A stretch of DNA of 64,000 bases from Nitrososphaerales archaeon (GTDB lineage Archaea > Thermoproteota > Nitrososphaeria > Nitrososphaerales > UBA213), in contig JBHICO010000002.1 in NCBI GenBank assembly GCA_046759645.1, positions 2,725 to 66,724 on the forward strand, written 5' to 3'. The position numbers and the translations under genes are program-made. Below the pieces are notes generated by a model, which saw only the letters and a list, made by a program, of their open reading frames with translations, searched no databases and was not told the origin of the DNA. Shown one piece after another: positions 19,248 to 27,608 of the stretch (position 1 is its first letter; the number at the start of each line of letters is the position of its first letter).

Positions 19248-19772
19248 CTAACGCTTCGCTTCTATAACAAACAATTGCTCGTAATCAAATTTCTTTGTAG
19301 CAACAATATCAGTCTTGTATCCGCGTTTACGTATGTATGCCAACAATTTGTTGTAATTTGCAAGAGATGAAGTTACGAACAAGATCGTGCCATTGCACTT
19401 CAACAGTCTAATAGCATCTTCTAGCATTTTCAAAGTAACTTCAGTACCATCTTTGCCACCGTCAACAGCAACGTCTTCTATGCTTTGCGAGAGTAGGTAA
19501 GGCGGGTTAATCACTATAAGGTCAAACTTGAAGTTTACTACAGCTGAAGCAGAATCACAGCAGACTAGATGAATTGACTTGTCCACTTCTCTTATCGCGT
19601 CAGGGTTTACGTCAGTAGCAACAACAGAACTGAACTTCTCCTTTAGTAAATTGCTCAAATATCCTGTGCCAGCAGCTATCTCTAGAGCTCTCTCACCGCT
19701 AAAAATCTCTACGTATCCGGCAAGAAGAAAGGTGTCATCAGAGGGTCTGTAGCAATCGTTGCTTTTGTTCAA
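19248..19772 (-). CDS. HemK-related SAM-dependent methyltransferase (N5-glutamine MTase / Mtq2-like)
   Basis: SAM motif ALEIAAGTGYLS and catalytic LIVINPPYL (NPPY). Sits in the conserved position after ksgA. Confidence 0.7.
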   Translation of the reverse strand: MNKSNDCYRPSDDTFLLAGYVEIFSGERALEIAAGTGYLSNLLKEKFSSVVATDVNPDAIREVDKSIHLVCCDSASAVVNFKFDLIVINPPYLLSQSIEDVAVDGGKDGTEVTLKMLEDAIRLLKCNGTILFVTSSLANYNKLLAYIRKRGYKTDIVATKKFDYEQLFVIEAKR

Positions 19773-20469
19773 TCATCCTCGCCATTCCAACCGCTTCACT
19801 TGGTGTCAATTGTTCTATGCGCTTTTCAGTGCTTATATTTCTGATCTTGAACTTTTTTGCAACACTAGTAGCCTTCTTGCCTCTATAGGAAAACAGGATA
19901 TTCAACGCTCTAACAACACTGCTACCAACTATATCTTTTTGAATAAGTTTCAACAAGACCGAATCTACCTTTGGCTGTGGATTAAAGCATTCTTTGCTGA
20001 CATGTTTTACGATTTCTATGTCAAAACAGTGCTGTGCAAGTGCGGAAACAGCTCTGTAGTTATGACCGTTGGTAGAAAGAATTTTTTGGGCAAATTCCTT
20101 TTGTACCATAATGATCGCTCTGTCAAACCTTCTAGTGGCAAGCCATTCAATGGTTTTTCTGCTTTTTGAATAGGGAAGGTTCGAGACAAACACATCAAAA
20201 TTGCCATCAAACATAAGGCCATTACCCTCCAACAACGTGAGGTTACTATACTTTCCAAGAAGGTCTTCCGCTGCAGCAATCATACCCCTGTCAACCTCGC
20301 ATGATATCACTCTGCCAGCCCTTCTACACAATTCGACAGTAAGGATTCCATTTCCTGTTCCTATTTCATATACAATCTCTTTCCCAATTTCAGCATTATC
20401 CACTATCGCATTTAGAACTTTGGTATCTATCAGTAAATGCTGTCCCAGCCGCCTTCTCTTCTTGTTCAT
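19738..20469 (-). CDS. ksgA: 16S rRNA (adenine1518/1519-N6)-dimethyltransferase
   Basis: RRRLGQHLLIDTKVLNAIV, EIGTGNGILT, VSNLPYSKS. Confidence 0.85.
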   Translation of the reverse strand: MNKKRRRLGQHLLIDTKVLNAIVDNAEIGKEIVYEIGTGNGILTVELCRRAGRVISCEVDRGMIAAAEDLLGKYSNLTLLEGNGLMFDGNFDVFVSNLPYSKSRKTIEWLATRRFDRAIIMVQKEFAQKILSTNGHNYRAVSALAQHCFDIEIVKHVSKECFNPQPKVDSVLLKLIQKDIVGSSVVRALNILFSYRGKKATSVAKKFKIRNISTEKRIEQLTPSEAVGMARMIEQKQRLLQTL

Positions 20470-21038
20470 CTTCTAACGAATATGTTCATACGAGCGTCGC
20501 CTGATATCTCTTCTACTATTCTCCTTGCTATAAGTTTAGCAGGGTCTCTTAATCCAATCCTACTTTGCAGGTCATCAAAGCTCTCGAACTGCTTCTTCTC
20601 CCTTTCATTGAGTATGCTCATCAGGTAAGTTTTTCCAATCCCAGGTATTAGTTGAAGAGAATGTATTCTAGGATTTATCGGCTGTGCAATATTTACGTAA
20701 TCAACGAATCGTTTTTCATTAGATTTTACTATTTTTTCTATTGTTAATGGCAACTCGTTCTTTGCAGTCACAGAAATACTATCATAATCCAGCCTCCCCA
20801 GAACACTTAGAATCTTATCTCTACCATCCTTGCCTATATAGAGTCGCTCGCTCGGATCGAAGGTTAGGTTAGGCACACCTAGAAGCTCTAACAACGTTAA
20901 TCTCTCTTCACCAACGGCCTGCACAATGTTACCCTCTCTTCCCCTTATTGTAATCGATCTACCTCTAACATTGACATCAAGAACGTATGCATACTCCTCA
21001 TACTTTCTTGGCTGTGCCGTGCCTTCCAATGACAACAC
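20466..21038 (-). CDS. DUF655-like predicted RNA/nucleotide-binding protein
   Basis: EEYAYVLDV...GEERLTLLELL N-terminal OB-like part and C-terminal HhH-like part LQLIPGIGKTYLMSIL. Conserved archaeal neighbourhood L21e-RpoF-DUF655-KsgA. Confidence 0.6.
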   Translation of the reverse strand: MLSLEGTAQPRKYEEYAYVLDVNVRGRSITIRGREGNIVQAVGEERLTLLELLGVPNLTFDPSERLYIGKDGRDKILSVLGRLDYDSISVTAKNELPLTIEKIVKSNEKRFVDYVNIAQPINPRIHSLQLIPGIGKTYLMSILNEREKKQFESFDDLQSRIGLRDPAKLIARRIVEEISGDARMNIFVRR

Positions 21039-21050
21039 TACTGACCTTGA

Positions 21051-21386
21051 CTACGCATTCTCCTTGATTATCTTCAACATCTTTTCCAGGGTGTCCGTAA
21101 GTATAAGTTTCTTCCATCCAAAAGTAAATGCCCTCAGCTCTTCTATGCTGGTTGGCATTATGTTGACAATTTCAACCGCTTCCGTTTCAGTAAGGCTGCA
21201 TTCCTGAATAAGTTTTTCCTTCATCTTTTTGGCCTGCTTCGGTTCTATATCAACAAACTTTGTTACGTAATCATGCGTCCACCGTTGTATCTGATCCATA
21301 TCCTCCACGTTAGCCTTGTCCAAGATTTCCTTCACCTCTGGTAAACTGATTACAGTTTTCTTCAATATGTCTGCCAAGATATTCAC
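21051..21386 (-). CDS. rpoF: DNA-directed RNA polymerase subunit F (Rpo4/Rpb4-like)
   Basis: About 110-aa helical protein with LTETEAVEIVNIMPTSIEELRAF. Lies after rpl21e with a 4-nt overlap. Confidence 0.6.
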   Translation of the reverse strand: MNILADILKKTVISLPEVKEILDKANVEDMDQIQRWTHDYVTKFVDIEPKQAKKMKEKLIQECSLTETEAVEIVNIMPTSIEELRAFTFGWKKLILTDTLEKMLKIIKENA

Positions 21387-21670
21387 CTTATGGGCTTAAC
21401 ATGATTAAGCCTTGAAGTAACGCTCTTTTCTTTATTCCCAATATTAACCTTGACTGCAACCGTTCTTCTACCTACCCCATTTACAACGCCGACCTTCCCC
21501 TGAAACCTCTTGTGTGGCATGCCCTTATGCTCGCTTGGATCGATGTCTATTACAACCTTATCACCAACCTTATAATCGTGAAGAAGATAAGAAAGACCTC
21601 TAACAAAGTTCTTTTGCAATATATGCCGAGTCTTTCTCCTGATTCCTCTAGATCTTGCCAATCGTATCAA
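21383..21670 (-). CDS. rpl21e: 50S ribosomal protein L21e
   Basis: SRGIRRKTRHILQK...YKVGDKVVIDIDPSEHKGMPHKRFQGKVGVV. Confidence 0.9.
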   Translation of the reverse strand: MIRLARSRGIRRKTRHILQKNFVRGLSYLLHDYKVGDKVVIDIDPSEHKGMPHKRFQGKVGVVNGVGRRTVAVKVNIGNKEKSVTSRLNHVKPIR

Positions 21671-21713
21671 TATTCCTTCCTACCGCTTAAATTTAACAGT
21701 TATGTTAGTCTGC

Positions 21714-22703
21714 TTAGCTCTTGCTCTTTCTAGACGACGGCTCATCTACATTTTCAATTCCCTTCTCAGTCAAGTGGAAGAGCACTTCCCGCTCCGCATG
21801 GTACGGACTATCAACCATTCTTGCAATTCTGTTCTTACCAGATCGCTTAAGATATATTCTGTATGTGCTCGTATGTGCGACCACATGTCCACCAGTGGGT
21901 CTGAAGGGATCGCCAAAATATGTGTCCGGAGATGCCTGGATCTGATTAGTTGCAATTGCAGCCACGTTATACGTTTCTGCAATTCTCAGTAGTATATGCA
22001 TGAACTTGTTCAACCGTTGCTGTCTACCAGCTAGTGTTCCACGCCCAAGAAATTCTGCACGATAATGCGCAACAGCAGAATCAATAATCAATAATCTCGC
22101 ACCAGTTTTATCTATGATAGATCCAACATTCTCCATGATGAGTTCTTGATGGGCACTATTGTACGCCTTTGCAACAACTACATTCTCCAAAGCTTCATTT
22201 GGATCTAAGCCTCTTGTTTCAGCTATACGGAAGATGCGTTCAGGTCTGAAAGTGCCTTCTGTATCAATGTATATAGCACCACCCTCAAGTCCACCTTTAT
22301 TCTTTGGTAGCTGAACCATGACACAGAGTGTATGGCATATCTGTGTTTTGCCTGCACCATATTCTCCATAAATCTCTGTAATTGCCTGCGTTTCAATTCC
22401 ACCTTCTAGTAGATCGTCAAGGCTAGTCGTACTAGTACTAATACGTTCTATAGATTGCCGCTTCTTGTAAATCTCAGTAGCTGTAACAAAGTCCTTTTCT
22501 AATTTCCCAAGCTCAACAAGTCTCGTTCTAGCCCTATTACATATAGAAGTAGCTTTATCGACGTCCAAACCGGTTGCATCAGAGACACCCAAGGGACCTC
22601 TAACAAGAAGATCCATTATCGTATGAATGCCAGCTTCCAGAAGTTTTTGCTTAGTTACTGGACCAACACCTTCAATATTCTCTAACTCTAGATCTTCATT
22701 CAC
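21714..22703 (-). CDS. radA: DNA repair and recombination protein RadA
   Basis: N-terminal HhH LENIEGVGPVTKQKLLEAGI, Walker A GEYGAGKTQ, and IDSAVAHYRAEF. Confidence 0.95.
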   Translation of the reverse strand: MNEDLELENIEGVGPVTKQKLLEAGIHTIMDLLVRGPLGVSDATGLDVDKATSICNRARTRLVELGKLEKDFVTATEIYKKRQSIERISTSTTSLDDLLEGGIETQAITEIYGEYGAGKTQICHTLCVMVQLPKNKGGLEGGAIYIDTEGTFRPERIFRIAETRGLDPNEALENVVVAKAYNSAHQELIMENVGSIIDKTGARLLIIDSAVAHYRAEFLGRGTLAGRQQRLNKFMHILLRIAETYNVAAIATNQIQASPDTYFGDPFRPTGGHVVAHTSTYRIYLKRSGKNRIARMVDSPYHAEREVLFHLTEKGIENVDEPSSRKSKS

Positions 22704-22791
22704 GCATATCGATGACTAAATCTTGATAATAAGTCTTATCTTAATAATTTTATACTCTATGGTTCACGTAATGGTTGGAAAGTTTATAACA

Positions 22792-24771
22792 ATGGAAGAA
22801 AGGCAGCTAAAACAATATATGAAATTGGTGATAATCGTGATCCTGGCAATCGGCATATACAGTGCATCGGCTGCATATGCAAGTGACAGCACAGTATGGT
22901 CTATGTACAAACATGATCCTCAGCACACTGGTCAGGTTTCCTTCAAAGGAAGCGAAGAAAACACACTGAGGTGGAAATTTTCTACGGGAGAGAGAATACA
23001 GAGTTCTCCTACCCTCGGTTCTGATGGCACGGTATACGTAGGCTCCTTCGATAACAACCTCTACGCCATCAACCCAGATGGTACTGAAAAGTGGCGCTTT
23101 GCTGCTGAGATGCCAATAGACTCTACGCCTGCACTAGCAGCTGACGGTACTATCTACTTTGGCTCCTGGGACAAGAGCATTTATGCAATTACATTGTCAG
23201 GAAAGGGTAAGTGGAAGGCCCAGACATCAGATCAAATTTCATCGTCACCAACCGTGGCTCCAGACGGCACTATATACATCGGTGCGGATGACGGGTATGT
23301 TTATGCCATCTATCCCAATGAAACTCTTAAGTGGAGCTTCAAAACTGGTGAACGAATATTTTCAACACCAGCAATTGCTCTGGACAGTACGGTATACGTA
23401 GGCTCCTTCGATAACAACCTCTACGCCATCAACCCAGATGGTACTGAAAAGTGGCGCTTCAAAACAAACGGGTTTATATTCTCATCCGCGGCAATAGCAT
23501 CCGACGGTACAGTATACGTCGGTTCATACGACTCTAACCTTTACGCTCTCCATCCTAATGGCACTCTAAAGTGGAATTTTGCAGCAGAAGGCATAGTGCA
23601 GGGTTCTCCTTCCATTGGATCGGATGGCACGGTATACGTAGGCTCCTTCGATAACAACCTCTACGCCATCAACCCAGATGGTACTGAAAAGTGGCGCTTC
23701 AAAACCAACAATCTAGTAGTTTCGTCCCCAGCCATAGATTCTGAGGGCACGATATATGTTGGATCCGTCGATACATTCCTTTACGCCATCAACCCAGATG
23801 GTACTGAAAAGTGGCGGTTCAAAACCGATGAACGAATATTTTCGTCCCCAGCCATAGATTCTGAGGGCACGATATATGTTGGATCAGTAGACGGCACCCT
23901 TTATGCAATAGGCAAGCCTCTGGAATCATCTGTCCTTCGTTTGCCAATAACTGGTAGCGTGAATGAACTTCTAGGTTACGGAGGAACTGAATTATACGTA
24001 GCATCAACAAACATTCTGCCAGTAAAAGATATCAGTGTTGTCAGTGTGGAAGTTGTCTTGAAGAATGCTGATCTAAGACCCAGAGGTTTCGACTTACTCT
24101 CTTTCAAACTCAAGGATCTGGATGGAAAGGAGTACAACCCAAATCTTGAAAAGAGCACTCTAAAAAATGTTAGAATCCCAAGTGGAGATATGATAAGAGG
24201 TATACTGTTCTTCGAATCTAGCTCTGATAAACCTATAGCGCAGCTGATTTACAAAGACATAAGAGGTGTGAAACTAACTATTAACTTGACGGATGCAAAG
24301 ACTCATCCGGATGCAGAACCAGTGTCATTATTCATACCAGGGTCTAACATAGGAAAAAAGATCATATATGAAAATCTGGAGCTGACGATACTTGACGAAA
24401 AATTTCTTGAATCTGACCCGCAGCAGTACCTGATACGGTTATCATTAAAGAATCGAGGTACTACTGAAATAACATATAATCAGACATACACATATGTAAA
24501 AGATTCCCAAGGAAACGTATTCTTACCTGATACATCACAGACATCGACGGGAATATTTGGAGGAACACTTGGGGCAGGTCAGACAGTTGAAGGCGAGATC
24601 AGTTTCATTATTCCAGGCTATGCTAGTAGCGTAGTGTTTGTTTATGACGATCTTACAAGCAATTCATATTTTATCGTTCCAGAATTTCCGTCAAGCATCT
24701 TTGCTATAGTGGGCGCTATTTCATTATTGGTCATATTATCTAAATTTAAAAGATACTCCCAAGAAATGTAA
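22792..24771 (+). CDS. Surface protein: signal peptide, 8-bladed PQQ-like beta-propeller, two Ig-like (DUF4352-like) domains, PEF-type C-terminal anchor
   Basis: ATG at 22792 (or 22819). Eight 40-aa blades ending DGT(V/I)Y(V/I)GSxDxxLYAIxPxGTxKWxF. C-terminus VPEFPSSIFAIVGAISLLVILSKFKR. Confidence 0.75.
   Translation: MEERQLKQYMKLVIIVILAIGIYSASAAYASDSTVWSMYKHDPQHTGQVSFKGSEENTLRWKFSTGERIQSSPTLGSDGTVYVGSFDNNLYAINPDGTEKWRFAAEMPIDSTPALAADGTIYFGSWDKSIYAITLSGKGKWKAQTSDQISSSPTVAPDGTIYIGADDGYVYAIYPNETLKWSFKTGERIFSTPAIALDSTVYVGSFDNNLYAINPDGTEKWRFKTNGFIFSSAAIASDGTVYVGSYDSNLYALHPNGTLKWNFAAEGIVQGSPSIGSDGTVYVGSFDNNLYAINPDGTEKWRFKTNNLVVSSPAIDSEGTIYVGSVDTFLYAINPDGTEKWRFKTDERIFSSPAIDSEGTIYVGSVDGTLYAIGKPLESSVLRLPITGSVNELLGYGGTELYVASTNILPVKDISVVSVEVVLKNADLRPRGFDLLSFKLKDLDGKEYNPNLEKSTLKNVRIPSGDMIRGILFFESSSDKPIAQLIYKDIRGVKLTINLTDAKTHPDAEPVSLFIPGSNIGKKIIYENLELTILDEKFLESDPQQYLIRLSLKNRGTTEITYNQTYTYVKDSQGNVFLPDTSQTSTGIFGGTLGAGQTVEGEISFIIPGYASSVVFVYDDLTSNSYFIVPEFPSSIFAIVGAISLLVILSKFKRYSQEM
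23023..23099 (+). repeat. Intragenic perfect DNA repeat, copy 1 (77 nt)
   Basis: gatggcacggtatacgtaggctccttcgataacaacctctacgccatcaacccagatggtactgaaaagtggcgctt is identical to 23623-23699. Confidence 0.95.
23389..23465 (+). repeat. Intragenic perfect DNA repeat, copy 2 (77 nt)
   Basis: Identical to 23629-23705. Overlaps the same unit as copy 1. Confidence 0.95.
23623..23705 (+). repeat. Intragenic perfect DNA repeat, copy 3
   Basis: Matches copy 1 over 23623-23699 and copy 2 over 23629-23705. A 35-nt partial fourth copy lies at 23782-23816. Confidence 0.95.
23721..23765 (+). repeat. Second intragenic perfect repeat, copy A (45 nt)
   Basis: ttcgtccccagccatagattctgagggcacgatatatgttggatc recurs exactly 120 nt downstream. 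Confidence 0.95.
23841..23885 (+). repeat. Second intragenic perfect repeat, copy B (45 nt)
   Basis: Identical to 23721-23765. Confidence 0.95.
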
Positions 24772-24775
24772 GAAA

Positions 24776-24955
24776 TTACCTTCTGCCTCTTCTGCCCGAC
24801 CAGTTCTGTCCTGGTTTTCTCTTGAGCTCAAAGCGCTTCCTGAAATTCAGTTTGTTCCTAAGCTTTGCATTGTGGCTGATCCTTTCTCTAGCCTGCAGTT
24901 TTGGTGTCTGACTTTTTACCTTTCCTGCCTTGGTCAATGAGCCATGCGTTGGCAT
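24776..24955 (-). CDS. rps30e: 30S ribosomal protein S30e (59 aa, below ORF-track cutoff)
   Basis: Hand translation gives MPTHGSLTKAGKVKSQTPKLQARERISHNAKLRNKLNFRKRFELKRKPGQNWSGRRGRR. HGSLTKAGKVxSQTPK is the eS30 signature. AATATATG TATA-like box about 28 nt upstream. Confidence 0.85.
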   Translation of the reverse strand: MPTHGSLTKAGKVKSQTPKLQARERISHNAKLRNKLNFRKRFELKRKPGQNWSGRRGRR

Positions 24956-25005
24956 ACAATTTCATCCTCAAATATGGCATATATTCATTACTGTTTGCTA
25001 GTTAA

Positions 25006-26733
25006 TTACCAGTACTTCGATTTTACCTTCTCTATAGCATTTTCATGAGCAAGCCCCTTCCTTCTAGCATAATTCTCCATCGCTTTCAACGGAACTCCGC
25101 CTAATGTTCTTGCCAGACCTGTGAAAAAGTACCTACGAAATGGATCGTTCTGCCCAACTTGATGCATGAATTTCGTGATTCCATACTTGAAGTTGTGCTG
25201 CCACGTTTTGTACATAACGGCAAGCTTTCCAGGATCCATTGCGCCACCAATATTGTAGAAAGATGACTTTTCCAGCAAGCCTATTGGAACGAACGTCAAA
25301 GGCGTTACGGTGAACTTTGAATCAGGTTGTTCGTTCTCAAGTTCGTTGATCAAACTTACAGTCTCCCAGCTATCCTCTTCTGTTTCGTCATTATCTAAAC
25401 CAAGTATCAGCGTAAATGCGGGTACCCAATAATGTTGGTTAAACACCTTTACACCAGTTTTAACAACCCAGTGCCACTCTTCTGGTTTGTAGGGTGCTAG
25501 CTTTCTATCGGCATATTTTCCGATCAGTCTAATGCTCCCAGTCTCAAAACCACATTGTATCCCTATGTGATTGTTTGGTCCTGCTCTGATGATTTTCGAT
25601 ATCCTTGGAATAAGTTCTTCATCTGCTATCGCACCTGCAAGTGTTCCATGTGTTGGGTTTGTATGCTCAACACGTGTGTCCATTATTGCTTGGAACAATT
25701 CTATTATCGCGTCTCTGTTGGGCTCCATGTTTTTTGTAGTTCTAGGATTAAGACCATACACAAAAATGTCATCACTGTGTATCCAAGCACTCCTAAGACC
25801 ACCCTTCTTCATGTTCACAGCAATCTCCTGCCGCACCTTTTCTACAGGATAGTATCTTAAAGGTCTCAAAGTAACATCGCAGAACTTGCATCCACGACCA
25901 CATCCTCTCATTACCTCCACCATTCCATGCATGCTGGGCTCTACAATGTTAGGAATTTCATCAACATCCGGTTCATCAGAGTAATGTATGAACCTACCGT
26001 GGTGCTTCCTCCCATCACCATTACCATTAAACTCCTTTACCTCTACCTTGAACTCATTCTTCTTGAATGGATTTGCCTCATCAAATTCGCCATTTATAAG
26101 AGCATCGAAGAACTTCCCAGCTACGCCATCCAATTCAGGAGCTATACCGCCCAAATCACCTTCCACTATTGCGTAAAGACCATACTCTTCTATTTTCTTT
26201 GGATCGTAGTTGTACTGCCAAGTACCGGAAGCACCAGCTACAACCTTCGCCTTACTTCCTGTTCGTTCCTTGGCTTCGTTGATCTTTCGATGCAAATCAG
26301 CACAATAAAATTCATCGTAAGATGTTTGCCTCCTCCCACGAGTAAAGGTCATGGTAACAGGACCCATTCCCAGCGGATCCATTTCGTAGGTTCCGACAAC
26401 TTCCGTTTCCAGCCCTATGAATCTGTCTACATAATCTGGGTGTGCTACGACCACATCTTCGTTTCTATAACCATCTCTGATCAAACCGGCCTGGATCTTT
26501 CTAAGGCCATAGGGTGCACACTGCGCAACTCCCATTTGATGACCTATTGGGTGGCAAATAAAATCGAAAAGTATTCTGGGTGTAACCTGACTCTTAAAAA
26601 TCCAGTACCAGAAACCAGAATTACGACTGGTATCAATCGCTGGAGCACACCCGAAGAACGAGCCTAACGAAATCCCTCTATAAGGAGACATTAAGGTTCT
26701 ATCAGCGGCAAGAACGACCTTTGGGGAGCCCAA
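25006..26733 (-). CDS. Radical SAM protein with N-terminal Rossmann/B12-binding-like domain, function unknown
   Basis: CxxxCxxC motif in MRGCGRGCKFCDV. N-terminus KVVLAADRTLMSPYRGISLGSFFGCAP. TTG start. Only 8 Cys in total. Confidence 0.75.
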   Translation of the reverse strand: MGSPKVVLAADRTLMSPYRGISLGSFFGCAPAIDTSRNSGFWYWIFKSQVTPRILFDFICHPIGHQMGVAQCAPYGLRKIQAGLIRDGYRNEDVVVAHPDYVDRFIGLETEVVGTYEMDPLGMGPVTMTFTRGRRQTSYDEFYCADLHRKINEAKERTGSKAKVVAGASGTWQYNYDPKKIEEYGLYAIVEGDLGGIAPELDGVAGKFFDALINGEFDEANPFKKNEFKVEVKEFNGNGDGRKHHGRFIHYSDEPDVDEIPNIVEPSMHGMVEVMRGCGRGCKFCDVTLRPLRYYPVEKVRQEIAVNMKKGGLRSAWIHSDDIFVYGLNPRTTKNMEPNRDAIIELFQAIMDTRVEHTNPTHGTLAGAIADEELIPRISKIIRAGPNNHIGIQCGFETGSIRLIGKYADRKLAPYKPEEWHWVVKTGVKVFNQHYWVPAFTLILGLDNDETEEDSWETVSLINELENEQPDSKFTVTPLTFVPIGLLEKSSFYNIGGAMDPGKLAVMYKTWQHNFKYGITKFMHQVGQNDPFRRYFFTGLARTLGGVPLKAMENYARRKGLAHENAIEKVKSKYW

Positions 26734-26797
26734 CTAATTCGAAGACGAATGATTAATAGTGTGATATAAAACTTGTGAATATGGATATTCGTAGCGA

Positions 26798-27598
26798 CTA
26801 CCACATATCCATCATTCTACCGGACTTGTCCCTCGCATTGGATCCAAATTCAGACAATTTAAGAATGGTTTGGCCATCCATTATGGGGCCATCCTTGCAT
26901 AAAAGGAACTTTCCCACGCAGCAACTGCAGCAAATGCCTATACCACACTTCATGATTCGCTCAAGGCTTGCCTGAGAAGGAATTTTATGAGAAGCAGCCA
27001 ATTCGAGAACCTTCTTCATCATCCTTTCTGGACCACAGGTATAGGTCATATTTAGACTACTCTGTTCCATAACTTCCGCAGCAGAATCTGTAGCAAGGCC
27101 CTTAACGCCAGAGCTTCCATCCTCTGTAGCAACTATGACCTTATTTTTCATATTTCTTAATACACATTTGGCAAGTTTCTCGAAGATAACTTCATCCTTC
27201 GTTTTCGCACCTATGATCAACGTAACATTACTTTTCTTACTGTTGTTTCTTGCGAGCCCTCTAGATAAGCGCAGCATTGGAACCAAACCGGTACCTCCTC
27301 CAACAAGTAGGACTCTCCCTTTCACAATATCAAAGGAATTTCCATATGGGCCTCTTACACCAAGGAAATTACCTATTCCAGTATTGTAAAGTGCAGTAGA
27401 GGATTGACCATGTCTCCTTATAGTTAATGCCGCATAACCTTTCTTTTCGGAAATCATGACACTCATAGGAAGTTCATCGATTCTAGGCATCCATACCATG
27501 ACAAATTGTCCAGGCTTTGCGGATTCACAAAGCCTATCTTTGAAGATTAGGGTGCGAACGGTAGGACTTTCATTAATAACCTCTTCTACTCTAACCAT
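26798..27598 (-). CDS. pyrK: Dihydroorotate dehydrogenase electron-transfer subunit
   Basis: ATG at 27598 gives MVRVEEVINESPTVRTLIF. FAD/NAD-binding pattern VLLVGGGTGLVPM. 2Fe-2S Cys cluster MKCGIGICCSCCV. Confidence 0.85.
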   Translation of the reverse strand: MVRVEEVINESPTVRTLIFKDRLCESAKPGQFVMVWMPRIDELPMSVMISEKKGYAALTIRRHGQSSTALYNTGIGNFLGVRGPYGNSFDIVKGRVLLVGGGTGLVPMLRLSRGLARNNSKKSNVTLIIGAKTKDEVIFEKLAKCVLRNMKNKVIVATEDGSSGVKGLATDSAAEVMEQSSLNMTYTCGPERMMKKVLELAASHKIPSQASLERIMKCGIGICCSCCVGKFLLCKDGPIMDGQTILKLSEFGSNARDKSGRMMDMW

Positions 27599-27608
27599 TC
27601 TTATTTTA

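Noticed and set aside
25927-26667. 246-aa plus-strand ORF inside the radical SAM gene.
   Set aside because: It is antisense to a frame carrying a clear CxxxCxxC radical SAM core, and it has no motif of its own.
25006-26733. Assigning the radical SAM protein to tetraether lipid synthase (Tes/GDGT-MAS).
   Set aside because: There are only eight Cys in 575 aa and a single CxxxCxxC. The tetraether synthase type needs several auxiliary clusters. No basis exists for that specific call without a profile search.
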